41,739 bases of DNA, taken from positions 1 to 41,739 of IMG/VR virus record IMGVR_UViG_3300011140_000001. One strand, 5' to 3'. The stretch's first letter is position 1. Every line of letters begins with the position of its first letter. The notes beneath the pieces are model-generated. The model worked only from the letters and a program-made list of their open reading frames with translations. It was not told the origin of the DNA and did no database searches. The position numbers and the translations under genes were made by a program. The stretch comes from a virus. Below are positions 25,629 through 35,500 of the stretch, piece by piece.

Positions 25629-25754
25629 TCAAAGTGCCTTTACGCATAATGATACTTGAATATTGTTATTGATTGAATGCGCTGTGCATCCTGAAAACAG
25701 AATACACAATAGAGTGATAAAAGTTGCTAGCTTGGTTCTCTTACACAAAAACAC
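25629..25754 (-). CDS. Possible 41-aa prolipoprotein (o-spanin-like position)
   Basis: The GTG at 25752-25754 begins 1 nt after the endolysin stop. MFLCKRTKLATFITLLCILFSGC is a lipoprotein signal with lipobox LFSGC. The mature part is only 19 aa. Confidence 0.3.
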   Translation of the reverse strand: MFLCKRTKLATFITLLCILFSGCTAHSINNNIQVSLCVKAL

Positions 25755-25755
25755 T

Positions 25756-26304
25756 TTATGCGATCCGGTTGCTAATCCAACCATAGAAGAATTGCTCTTG
25801 CGTGGGATTGCGTTCGCAAATTTCAATATAACGTTGCCCTTGCATAATGTTCAGAACTTTAAGCATCACTTTCTCACCGTCTTTACCACGTTTAGCAAGG
25901 AAAATTTTTAATGCCCCTAACGTAGCTGACCCATAAATACCATCAATGGCTAAATCAGGCCAACCGCCTTTACCTTGGTTATTCAATAGATTCAATGCAC
26001 GTTGTAATAAAGGCTTTGCGAAAGCTACTCCACAGTTAACACCAGTATCAAGCAACTCTTCAGCAATTAAAGGAGATAAGGTATTAACCTGGTCAAAACG
26101 CGGATTAATCCAATATTGCTGTTTATAAATTTGCTTTGCCAAATCCAAAGGTAAATCACGCATTGGACCTTTCCAACCATTTACACGCGCAACTGCTTCA
26201 GTGATTCCATAATTAGTTGCACCGCCACGGTCGTTAGGGTTATTTACAAAACCACCTTCACGTTTGATAAGATCATCAATATATTTTTCTACTGACATTT
26301 GCAC
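25756..26304 (-). CDS. Endolysin (GH108-type muramidase with a PG_binding_3-like C-terminal domain)
   Basis: The N-terminus LIKREGGFVNNPNDRGGATNYGIT is the GH108 signature. It follows the holin-like gene. Confidence 0.85.
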   Translation of the reverse strand: MQMSVEKYIDDLIKREGGFVNNPNDRGGATNYGITEAVARVNGWKGPMRDLPLDLAKQIYKQQYWINPRFDQVNTLSPLIAEELLDTGVNCGVAFAKPLLQRALNLLNNQGKGGWPDLAIDGIYGSATLGALKIFLAKRGKDGEKVMLKVLNIMQGQRYIEICERNPTQEQFFYGWISNRIA

Positions 26305-26308
26305 TCTC

Positions 26309-26689
26309 CTATTTAAACAGCGCTTTGAAAGACTCTTTAACTTCAGTGATTAATTCACTGATTGTTTTGCCTTTCCATAACCTAATCGCTTGGTACCAGA
26401 TGCCAATTAAAAGCATTCCGAAAACTGCAAAAATCAACATGATGAAACCGTGTGTCATAGGGTGAAGATTCCCCAAATCTTGGTATTCAATAAAAGCAGA
26501 ACCGCCGTATAAGCTAATTGTGATGCTGATTGATAATTTAAGAATTACACTTAAATTAATTTTAATTTTTCCTTCAGTATCAATATCACCGCTAAGCATG
26601 AGAGCAAAAATGCCGCCCATTACCGCCGCCCAGATTTTAATTACCCAAGGTAAAGATTTAATAGTTAATGGGTCGTTCATTTTTGCCAC
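26309..26689 (-). CDS. Holin candidate (three TM segments)
   Basis: 126 aa, three hydrophobic segments and a charged C-terminal tail. It lies immediately upstream of the endolysin. Confidence 0.65.
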   Translation of the reverse strand: MAKMNDPLTIKSLPWVIKIWAAVMGGIFALMLSGDIDTEGKIKINLSVILKLSISITISLYGGSAFIEYQDLGNLHPMTHGFIMLIFAVFGMLLIGIWYQAIRLWKGKTISELITEVKESFKALFK

Positions 26690-26751
26690 CGTTTAATGTT
26701 TTCATTATTTTAGGTATTGGTGTTTTATAAGTATCGAAATCTGTTGACAGT

Positions 26752-26783
26752 AAAAAGCCCTAAGCTATTTAAAGCTAGGGCTT
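26752..26783 (-). terminator. Terminator after the tail fibre gene
   Basis: On the minus strand AAGCCCTAGCT ttaaat AGCTtAGGGCTT is followed by TTTTA. Confidence 0.7.
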
Positions 26784-26801
26784 GTAATGGTTTGATGTGT
26801 A

Positions 26802-29093
26802 TTAAAGATCAACCCAGTTCGTCCATGCGCCATTCACATATGATCGACTACTATTCGAACCGGGTGCTGTACTATAAGCGATCTGCTTACCTTCGGTTTC
26901 ATTTGTCTGTATCCATTGAATAGCTCCGTAAAAATAACTGCCGTTCGGACATGAACGACCCGAAACTTCATCTTCGCCAGTAATTGTCACTTGAGCAAAA
27001 CGAACACCACCACTGACAAACTTAAAAGTATCTAAAGATTTATTTATGATAGAGATATCGTTATTACCAATACCATACTTGTAAGATAAATCCCCCCAAG
27101 GTGACCATGCGCCATTCCTGTACTGTGAAACAAACTGTCTAAATCCACCATCTGAATAGAAAAAATCAGTCAATATAAGTAAACCGGTATCTTCAAAATC
27201 GTTTGCCATCGGCAACCATTGCACATTCCCGTAGAAGTCCTTATTTTTGTAAAAATCGGGTAATGATGCGTTTGCTGCTGAATTTGATGTAATTGTCACA
27301 ACTGCGGTTCTAAACCCGCCATTTTTAAAGTGAAAATCTTTAACAGATTTATTTTCAATGAATGTACCATTTGAGCCAATTCCCATTTTTGAAAGCGAAA
27401 GTTCAGCAACGCCTTGCTTAGCTACATCAATTGAAGTTTCCGTAAACCAACTCTGAACATCCCACGTGAAAAAAGGACTTTGGTTAACATATTCTCGATA
27501 TGATTGTTCAATGAAACCGCTGATATAGTTATAAGAGTTTTGATAAGTGTCAATTGGATTTGATTTTTCTGGAGAATACCAGCCAACTGCTTTGCCATCT
27601 GGTAAACGAGCATCGTCACGTTTTAAGTGTTCGCCACTGTATCCATAGCATTTAAAAGATTCACATGCCAACATATAGAAGGAGCATGAGCCATCAATAT
27701 GACCAAATCCAAATACACGTGTACGAGTTAATTTGTTTGTAACCGGATCATCAGCAAATCCTTTATCTGCGTACCACCCAATATTCACATGACGAGCATC
27801 AAAATTGAATACTTTGTGGTTATACATACCGTAAGCAGAGCCGTTAATTGAACGCGGGATATTCGATTTAATACCAATGTCAATATTTGCGGGGAAATAC
27901 CCATTTAAAACCATGAAACATGCTGATCGACGCAAAGATGTGTCCATCGGGTCATCTGTTTTTTCATAACCTAATGCTATACCAATCTGACCAGTTGAGC
28001 CTTTCCCATCCATAGCCAAAGTATCTTTAAATTCAACACGATCACGTAAGATACGGATGTATGTTAAATTATTTACTGTTGATACAAAACTAGCACCATT
28101 CATCGTCACTTCTGTGCGATCTGTTGGCATCCCCCAGTCTGCAGGATTTGGGACTGCATTAAAAACTAGCGTATTATCAATACGACATTTGAATGCTTTC
28201 TCAAAACCATAGCATGTGATTGCATTTGCCAATGCATAATCTATACATTTTTGGGCTCTTGTTGACTGATCGATATTATCATCAGTTACACCAAAGTGCT
28301 CAAACTTCAAATTGTCTTGTAATACCCACGTGCCAGATGCAACATTTGACGCTATGTAAGTACCGTCATTGTCGACTTTGCTTGAAAGTGATTCAAAACG
28401 ATAAATACCACCGCCGAAACCTTTTTTTGTATGACAGTTTGTCCGAACAAGTTGCCCATCTTTACGTACGTTTAACTGACGTAAGGCAGACACGTCTTGA
28501 ACTTCTTGAATATTTTTATCGTTAATCTCTTTTTGATTTTCTACCCCATCTGCTATAAGTTCCGCTAACCAACCTCTTTCAATTACAATATTTGTTATGC
28601 GATTAGCTAGGTCTTTTGAATATGAATCTATTTGATCAAGTGCTAACCCTTGTTCTCTGATTTGATTTTGAATCGCCTGATCTAAAATCTCTAAAGCTTT
28701 ATCGCGAGATAATTTTTCTAATCCCAGTGAATGCGCCCATTCTTGCAAGATAGAAGTTAACTTATCCAGGGAATGTTCGATAGCATCTGGATAGAAGTTA
28801 TCATAGTTAGTTATATCTAACGCCTGATCAACAGGAGTTTCACCTGCAATATAAAATTGAAATCCTACAACTGGTGCATTTAAAAAAGTAATATAACCGC
28901 CCAAGTTATCTTCATTAAGCGTTACCGTATAAAGATTTTCATCAACATTTTCGAAATCGGCCCCTACTTGATGCTTTACAGAAACACCCGTAGCATCCTC
29001 CTGATTAAAAACGCGAAAGGTAAAATCAAAACGTGTATTAGTCCCATTACCTTCGTACAAAGGACTAAGCCGTTCAGTAACAGAAACAGTCAT
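26802..29093 (-). CDS. Tail fibre / tailspike with two tandem C-terminal knob-like domains
   Basis: The start is taken at MTVSVTERLSPLYEGNGTNTRFDFTF (RBS GGTGAG). The central part is beta-rich. Two C-terminal repeats each end in NGAW(S/T)xW(G/V)DL. Confidence 0.8.
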   Translation of the reverse strand: MTVSVTERLSPLYEGNGTNTRFDFTFRVFNQEDATGVSVKHQVGADFENVDENLYTVTLNEDNLGGYITFLNAPVVGFQFYIAGETPVDQALDITNYDNFYPDAIEHSLDKLTSILQEWAHSLGLEKLSRDKALEILDQAIQNQIREQGLALDQIDSYSKDLANRITNIVIERGWLAELIADGVENQKEINDKNIQEVQDVSALRQLNVRKDGQLVRTNCHTKKGFGGGIYRFESLSSKVDNDGTYIASNVASGTWVLQDNLKFEHFGVTDDNIDQSTRAQKCIDYALANAITCYGFEKAFKCRIDNTLVFNAVPNPADWGMPTDRTEVTMNGASFVSTVNNLTYIRILRDRVEFKDTLAMDGKGSTGQIGIALGYEKTDDPMDTSLRRSACFMVLNGYFPANIDIGIKSNIPRSINGSAYGMYNHKVFNFDARHVNIGWYADKGFADDPVTNKLTRTRVFGFGHIDGSCSFYMLACESFKCYGYSGEHLKRDDARLPDGKAVGWYSPEKSNPIDTYQNSYNYISGFIEQSYREYVNQSPFFTWDVQSWFTETSIDVAKQGVAELSLSKMGIGSNGTFIENKSVKDFHFKNGGFRTAVVTITSNSAANASLPDFYKNKDFYGNVQWLPMANDFEDTGLLILTDFFYSDGGFRQFVSQYRNGAWSPWGDLSYKYGIGNNDISIINKSLDTFKFVSGGVRFAQVTITGEDEVSGRSCPNGSYFYGAIQWIQTNETEGKQIAYSTAPGSNSSRSYVNGAWTNWVDL

Positions 29094-29104
29094 AAACTCA
29101 CCAA

Positions 29105-29130
29105 TAAAAAAGGCCGTATTCTCTACAGCC
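29105..29130 (-). terminator. Terminator upstream of the tail fibre gene
   Basis: On the minus strand GGCTGTA gagaa TACGGCC (one G-U pair) is followed by TTTTTTATT. Confidence 0.7.
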
Positions 29131-29193
29131 AATTTTAGGTAAGCTTACAAATAATAGGATGGTTACAGATCGTGCAGTGTCAACAGACACTTA

Positions 29194-29433
29194 TCAAAAT
29201 GCTAAATCCAATGCATCTTCTTCAGTATCCGCGAAGCCTACAACTGTCATCCCTAAATCCTCTACCCCTTCCCAAAGCAATTTGTTGCTTGCTTCATCGT
29301 ATTTGTAAGACTCGACGCCTATAAACATTTCTTTGTTGCTTTTAAAAACAACAAATTCTTTACCACCTTGTCTGACGTTGCCTTTACCTAAATAAAAACC
29401 GTGACCTAGATTTTTAATAACTAAATAATTCAT
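29194..29433 (-). CDS. Hypothetical 79-aa protein with its own control region
   Basis: GGAG lies 8 nt before the ATG. Non-coding spacers flank it on both sides. The C-terminus is acidic. Confidence 0.6.
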   Translation of the reverse strand: MNYLVIKNLGHGFYLGKGNVRQGGKEFVVFKSNKEMFIGVESYKYDEASNKLLWEGVEDLGMTVVGFADTEEDALDLAF

Positions 29434-29440
29434 GCGAAAA

Positions 29441-29487
29441 ACTCCGTAATTTGGTTAGATATTGAACTATCAAAATTACGGAGTCAA
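29441..29487 (-). promoter_or_regulatory. 12-bp inverted repeat plus a PR-like promoter/operator element upstream of the 79-aa gene
   Basis: The arms are ACTCCGTAATTT (29441-29452) and AAATTACGGAGT (29473-29484). On the minus strand TTGACT lies at 29482-29487. The loop shares the 11-mer ATAGTTCAATA with the PR region (15353-15363). Confidence 0.5.
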
Positions 29488-29549
29488 CTATAATTTTTAG
29501 GCAAATTATTGTTAAATAACGAGAAATAACTATTAATCATGCCAAATAA

Positions 29550-32500
29550 TTACTTATCATCTTCAGATGCATGTTTTCCTGTAATCGTTCCGCGAGTTGC
29601 ATCGTAAATGCTGTCTGGTGCGTCCTTCTTACCTTGAGCTACATCTAGCCAATACCCAAAAGGCTTACCCAAAACAGCAAACGGGATACCAGTAGCAAGC
29701 GTCGCTGTATTCATTAAGTCTTTTGCCGCTTTACTTTGGTTTACTTCTTTGTCCTCATCCAAGGAACGTTTGAAATGTTGAATCAATGAAAGTCCACTTT
29801 CACCCATGCTGAACACTGGTGAAGCGGTATAACGGTCATTCATCACATTATTATCGGTGTTGCTAATCGCAGCGTTTACCACGTTACCCGCATAAGGAAC
29901 GAACGCAGAGAGCATTTTTAATTGTGATAAAGCGAGTCTTGCAGAAAGGTCATCCCACTTTTCGCCGTCTTTATCGTCATCTTGTAAACCGCCTGCAAAT
30001 ATTACACTTAGCAATTCAGACAACATAGAAGGGATTGAAACCATCATCAACGCAACATAGGCCAATCTAGGCGAAGCTTGCACCCATGAACCGTTACTTG
30101 CTTCAAGAGCTAACTTCGCTTCCGAAACAGATGTATTCCAAACCATATTGAACCAGTTGTAAAACATCAAAAACATACGTTTAGCAGGTGTACCGCGTTC
30201 AAGATTTGAAATACCTTCAGGTGACATATCTGTCATGTATTGGCGAATAACCGCATCAGCTGCATGCACTGCGTCATACTGTGTATATCCCTGCTCCGTG
30301 TAATGATTGAATGCAGCTTGCCAAGAAATCATTTCCATTGGTCGTTGTATCGTTGTTTGCAATACATAGGCATGTTTCATGGTGAAATCTTTCACTGTTT
30401 GAATTGCACCCTTTTGGAAAACAATTTCGTCCACGGCATAACGATATTCATCGGCCGCACGATCGAACCGTGTTTTCATGAAGTCAGACATTTCCATAAT
30501 GTTATTTGCCATGTCTTCACGCGTAGCCACAGACGTAAAATAATGTGCCTGTGCTTTCAGCAATTGTTTAGGCGGTACCGCCACTGAAACTTGTGTAAAC
30601 CCTGTGAATTGTTCAATGGCGTTTTTCAAGTTACCTGCCATAATTGCAATACCTGTATTACGACGTAACACACGGAAAATATTATCTAGCAAATGAACCC
30701 CTGAGCTTTCATCAACGGTCTGATTTGCGATTGCTTTTAACCAAGGGTTAAAGACTTGCTTAACACCGAAAGGCATCACACGTTCAATTTCATTTCTGAA
30801 ATCTTTATTTAGTAATAAACGTCCGATTTGTCGAATCTGTAATTCAAGATGAATGTAGCGCAGCTCTTTATCAAGATGACTTGGTAAACGGGACATATCC
30901 AATTCAAGTTGATCGTGATATCGATCCGCACGTGACTTAGTGAAGTTTGCGCCAGTGGTTGCAATATCTAAAGCCTGCAAGTTGTTTTCGGCTAAATTTT
31001 TATCTTGAATGCGGTCTTGCTCGTTTGAGCGCATACGGTCATAAGCAGCCGGCACATAGCCGCCTTCATACTCCCCAAAAGGCGTACTAATTGGTGTACG
31101 TGGTAACTCATCAAAATATCGACCGTTAATTTTCTTATGCGTGATTTGCGCTTGCTCTTTGTACTTATCAAATAGATTCCAAAGTTTTTGGATAGTATCC
31201 ATATCATTTTTGGTAATCACATTTTCATTAATCATACGATTAAAGAATTTATCCCAAGCACTGAAATCAACAGAGCCATCTTCTAGACGTGCGCCCCAAC
31301 CATAACCCAAAACTAAACGCTCTTTGTTGCTCATATTGCCTGTATGCAAAATGGCATGAAGTAAGGACTGTTTACCCACGAATGTAAAATTATTCAATTC
31401 AGGTGCGGCAATTTTTGAGTTATCCAACTTACCGAAACCTTCAAAGGTATCGACCACTTCTTTAAGCATTTTGGCCTTTTCAGTTCTGTATTTAGCCAAC
31501 GCGTCTTGCATAGGGTTGACTAAATAAGTGCGGAATTTACCGCTTGGCCCACCATCTAACCAAGTCACCACCTGGTCAACACGTTTTGCTGAAGCACCTA
31601 ATTCCATGAATTTTGCTTTGAGTTCGGCAGTCTTGTTTTTGCCAAGTAGATTTTGCTGAATTTTCTCAATACTTTTTTTGCCGCTTGATTGCTGTATTAG
31701 TTCTTCACGGACATGTTCACGTTCAAAAGCTTCATTGGTTGTATGCCAAATCTTATTTTCTTTAGATCGATGCCAAAGCGTTTCAACTGCCGACATAACG
31801 GCATTAAATTGCTCAAGCGTTAATTCACGATAGTTTTGGTTTTCAGGTAATGCGCCGATGTTCTGGATTTCAGCATAAGTGGTCGGGTCGTATTTACGAA
31901 TTAACTCTAATTGATGCTCGTAATTTGTAGATTCGCGGCCAAGATCATATTTACCCAAAATGCCACGTGCAGCGGTCACAAAATCAAAGTCACGGTTTTT
32001 AGCCAACTTCTCATTATTGCCAAAAACCTTCTTAACCATATCAAGGTGTTTTTGAATTTGGTCTTTTGCATCGTAACTGTATTTAGTCGCATAGAACTGT
32101 ACCAACTGGTTACGCTTATGGCGTGCGGCTTCTACGGTTTCACCCTTACGGAATGCATCATTAGCCATTCGCCCTAAACGTGCATCATCTTGTGCACGTA
32201 CATGTGGTCGAATATCTTTAATTTTTTGGCGCTGTACAATGTCTTGTGCAACCGCTTTTGCTGCTTCATTCAAAGCAGACTTACGACCAAGTAAACCATT
32301 TAGCGCGGCCATTTCTGCGGACAGCATGCGCGCACGAACATCATTGTGTAATGCTGCTTCAACTGCTTCAACAATACTTTGTTGATCGAAAAATTCAGAA
32401 TATTGCACAGCCATGCGCGCATCCGTGAGCTCATCAATTTTTTGCTTAGGACTTGGTGAATTAAGCAAATCACGAATCAATGCATCACCGCTTTCATAAC

Positions 32501-35500
32501 CGAACATTTCAGCAACAACATCGGGGTTTTCACCTCCACGCTGCGCAAAGCCATATGCACCTTTAGAAATGCTTTGGTAAATGTCACTGTCACGGCCGTA
32601 TTTAGCTTCTATCCAATCGAGTGACAATTTGCCTTTAGTTGTACGGCCTTCTGCAAAGCGTTGCAATAAATCCATGTCTTGCGAATAGTCTAATAATTCA
32701 GGGTCCACTTGATTAGAATATTGATTAACGCCGCGCAACTGGTCCGCAAACTTATCTTCAAGTTCGCTTGTATCAAATTTGCCGTGTTCATCTAAAGTTA
32801 AATACCCTTCTTCGCTAAGCTTCTCAGCCATTGATTCAATCGACAGGCCTTTTACTTTTGATTTTGAAGAACGCACAACAGGCTTGTTGCCAATACCTGA
32901 TTTTGTTTTAGAGGCCTCATCAATACCCCAAGTACTTTCTACTTCATTAGCATCCAGTCCGCCAAACTTGGCAATTGCTTCAAATAAATTATCGCGTTCA
33001 GGTTCAACCTTTGTTGAATCGCGTTTAACAACAGGGTCAAGCGGTTGACGTAGAAATGCCATAGCTTGATATACAGGTTCTTGCGCAATTTCTTTTGCCA
33101 TATCTTCACGAACGGCAGCGCGTTTTTTATCTGCTTCTTTTTGCAATGTTTTCAAATACTTAGACTTTTGTTTTTGGTACCAAACCATATTTCGAAGTGA
33201 TTTTTGCTCTAATGTATTTATAGATAATTCTGTAGCAATTTCATGATCTTGGCGCATTTCGTCATAATCTTTTGGCGAAATTCCAAGGCGCATTGCATCA
33301 TCTTGATGAATTAACATTTCAAGATTTGACGCGGCTTGTGCTTCAGCAATAGCGCTTGATGATGCAAGCATGCGGTCCATTACACCCGTAATATCGTTGT
33401 TCAATTCTGCACGGTCATTGATACCCATAAACTTTTCAATGTTCCGGTACACAGCAATCATGAATTGTCTGAAGCGATTGAAAACTTGCTTTAACGCCGC
33501 GCTTGGTGCTTTACCTGTAAATACATACTGTTCAAAAGTTTCTGCAAATTTTTCATGTACTTCTGTTTTTTCTGCATCGGTGAAAAAGTCCCACTCGCCA
33601 AGATCGGTTGTTTCTGGTGATGCCCACTTCATTACTGTTTCCATGTCAGCACGGACTTGTGCGGGCGCATCGGGACTTAATGCAAGTTCCATATTCATTT
33701 CTAAGAAATGATGCCCAAGCTCATGCACAAATGTAGAGAAGTCTGCATTTTTGCTTAGAACAATTGTTGAACCATCTTGACCAATTGTGAAAGTAATTGA
33801 ACCGCGTGTACCACCATTCGCTTGATTATATTTACGACCGTTTGGTGCACGGTACATGCTTTCAGAAATTTCATAGTCTTTATTGCGACCTTTGTTTTCA
33901 ACAAAACCAAGTTTTTTATAAAAATCTGTAAGTCTTTTTTTATTACTACCAAAATCAGAACTAGGCGTAAGGGCAATAGTTTTATTTTGTGAGTCTGCAT
34001 ATTTAATAATATCTTGCATTGCATTTGTACCAGTGCCTTGATTGCGCATTGCTTCAGGCACAACGATTTTATGCAATGAAAGAACATTACTTGATGGGCT
34101 ACCTTTTAGACCTAATTCAATTCCATATTGTTTTTTAATACTCTTAACAAAATCATCTACTGAGATTGTTTGTTCTGGTGTAGCACTTTGATTAAATGAA
34201 GTGCCCTTATCCGTGGTAGGCTCATCTGCAATACGAATCGGGTAACGGTCAAAAGCATCTTTTGCACTAATACCAAGTTTATCGCCCAAGGTTGAATAGA
34301 AAGCGGAAGTTAATTCCCCCGCAGCACGATTATACTTAGCTGTAAATGTTCCAACTTTAGCCAATTGGTTTTGCACTTCAGTCGCTACTAGCTCCTTAGC
34401 ACTTTCCGCATTTTCAAAACGCGCTTGCTCAGCCATATATGTATTGGCTTCTTGCTGCATTTGCTCAGTGGTTTTTGCAAGATTCTCTTGCGCTTCACGG
34501 TAAGTCGGCATATTAGGGTCTGAACGGACATTCTCAACAAAATCTGTTGGATGCTCAATGACAGACATTGCGGATACAAACTCATCTACGGGTATTTGCA
34601 CAGTGCCATTAAATGTTTCAGCGGTACCCAATTGATCTTGCAGACTCGGCGCACGTTCAAATAAATCGGTCGGCTCAATGTTGCGATCACGCAATAACTG
34701 GTTGAACGTTTGCCCATCTATGTAGACTTCGTTAACTGCACCGTGTTCTTCGATAGCTTGTTTAATAAAGGCTTGACTTGCGGCTTCATCACGCTGTGCC
34801 GTTTTACTCTCTTTATTGTTATCGATAAGATTATTAAGCACAGCAGCAAACGTGGTTGAGCGAACCGCATCTTGTTGCTGATCTGCTCTTAATTGGTCTA
34901 ATGCAAATTGTGCTGTACGCTGATTTTTAACTTTTTCAGCAGACATTATCGCCACTTCAGGCGCAGTGGTTGCAACCTCTAATAAACCCTCAAGGGCCAT
35001 TTCAACAGGGTCTGCCTTTTCTCCAACTGCATCGGCTGCACCTTTTACGGAATACATACCCGCAGCGGATTGAATGACAGCTTGACCACCTACAGTACGC
35101 AAAGGGCCGCCAAAAGTTACAGGCATTAACGCACCGCCTAAGGCTGAATATTTAACTGAACCCCAAGTTTTTGCAGCTGCATAATCAATCTGTTCTTGGC
35201 GAGTTAAGAACTTCTCACGGGCTTCTGCCATATTCTGCCCATATGACACCAAAGCATCTGCCGTGCCTGCACCTAATGCGCCTTGTGCTGCATTCCCTGC
35301 CGCAGTTACACCACGAACTAAATTAGCTGCCTTTTCTAAGTTCATCACCATTGGGGCGTATTTAGCTGTATTTCGGATAAGCGAATTTGATAAAAGCCCA
35401 CCCGCCCCCGCGCCTGCCCAATACCCAGCTAAAGCCGGAGGAGCTTGTTCAATTAAAAATTCACTTACTAGGCCCGCATCGGCATTGCTAACCAACTCTT

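Noticed and set aside
25663-25911. A plus-strand 82-aa ORF overlapping the endolysin 3' end
   Set aside because: It is antisense to a well-supported GH108 endolysin gene and to the lipoprotein-like ORF. It has no RBS.
26805-27392. A diversity-generating retroelement, considered because the head genes look BPP-1-like and the fibre has a repeated C-terminus
   Set aside because: There is no reverse transcriptase ORF anywhere in the window. The two fibre repeats are diverged at both protein and DNA level, without the adenine-specific template/variable repeat pattern.
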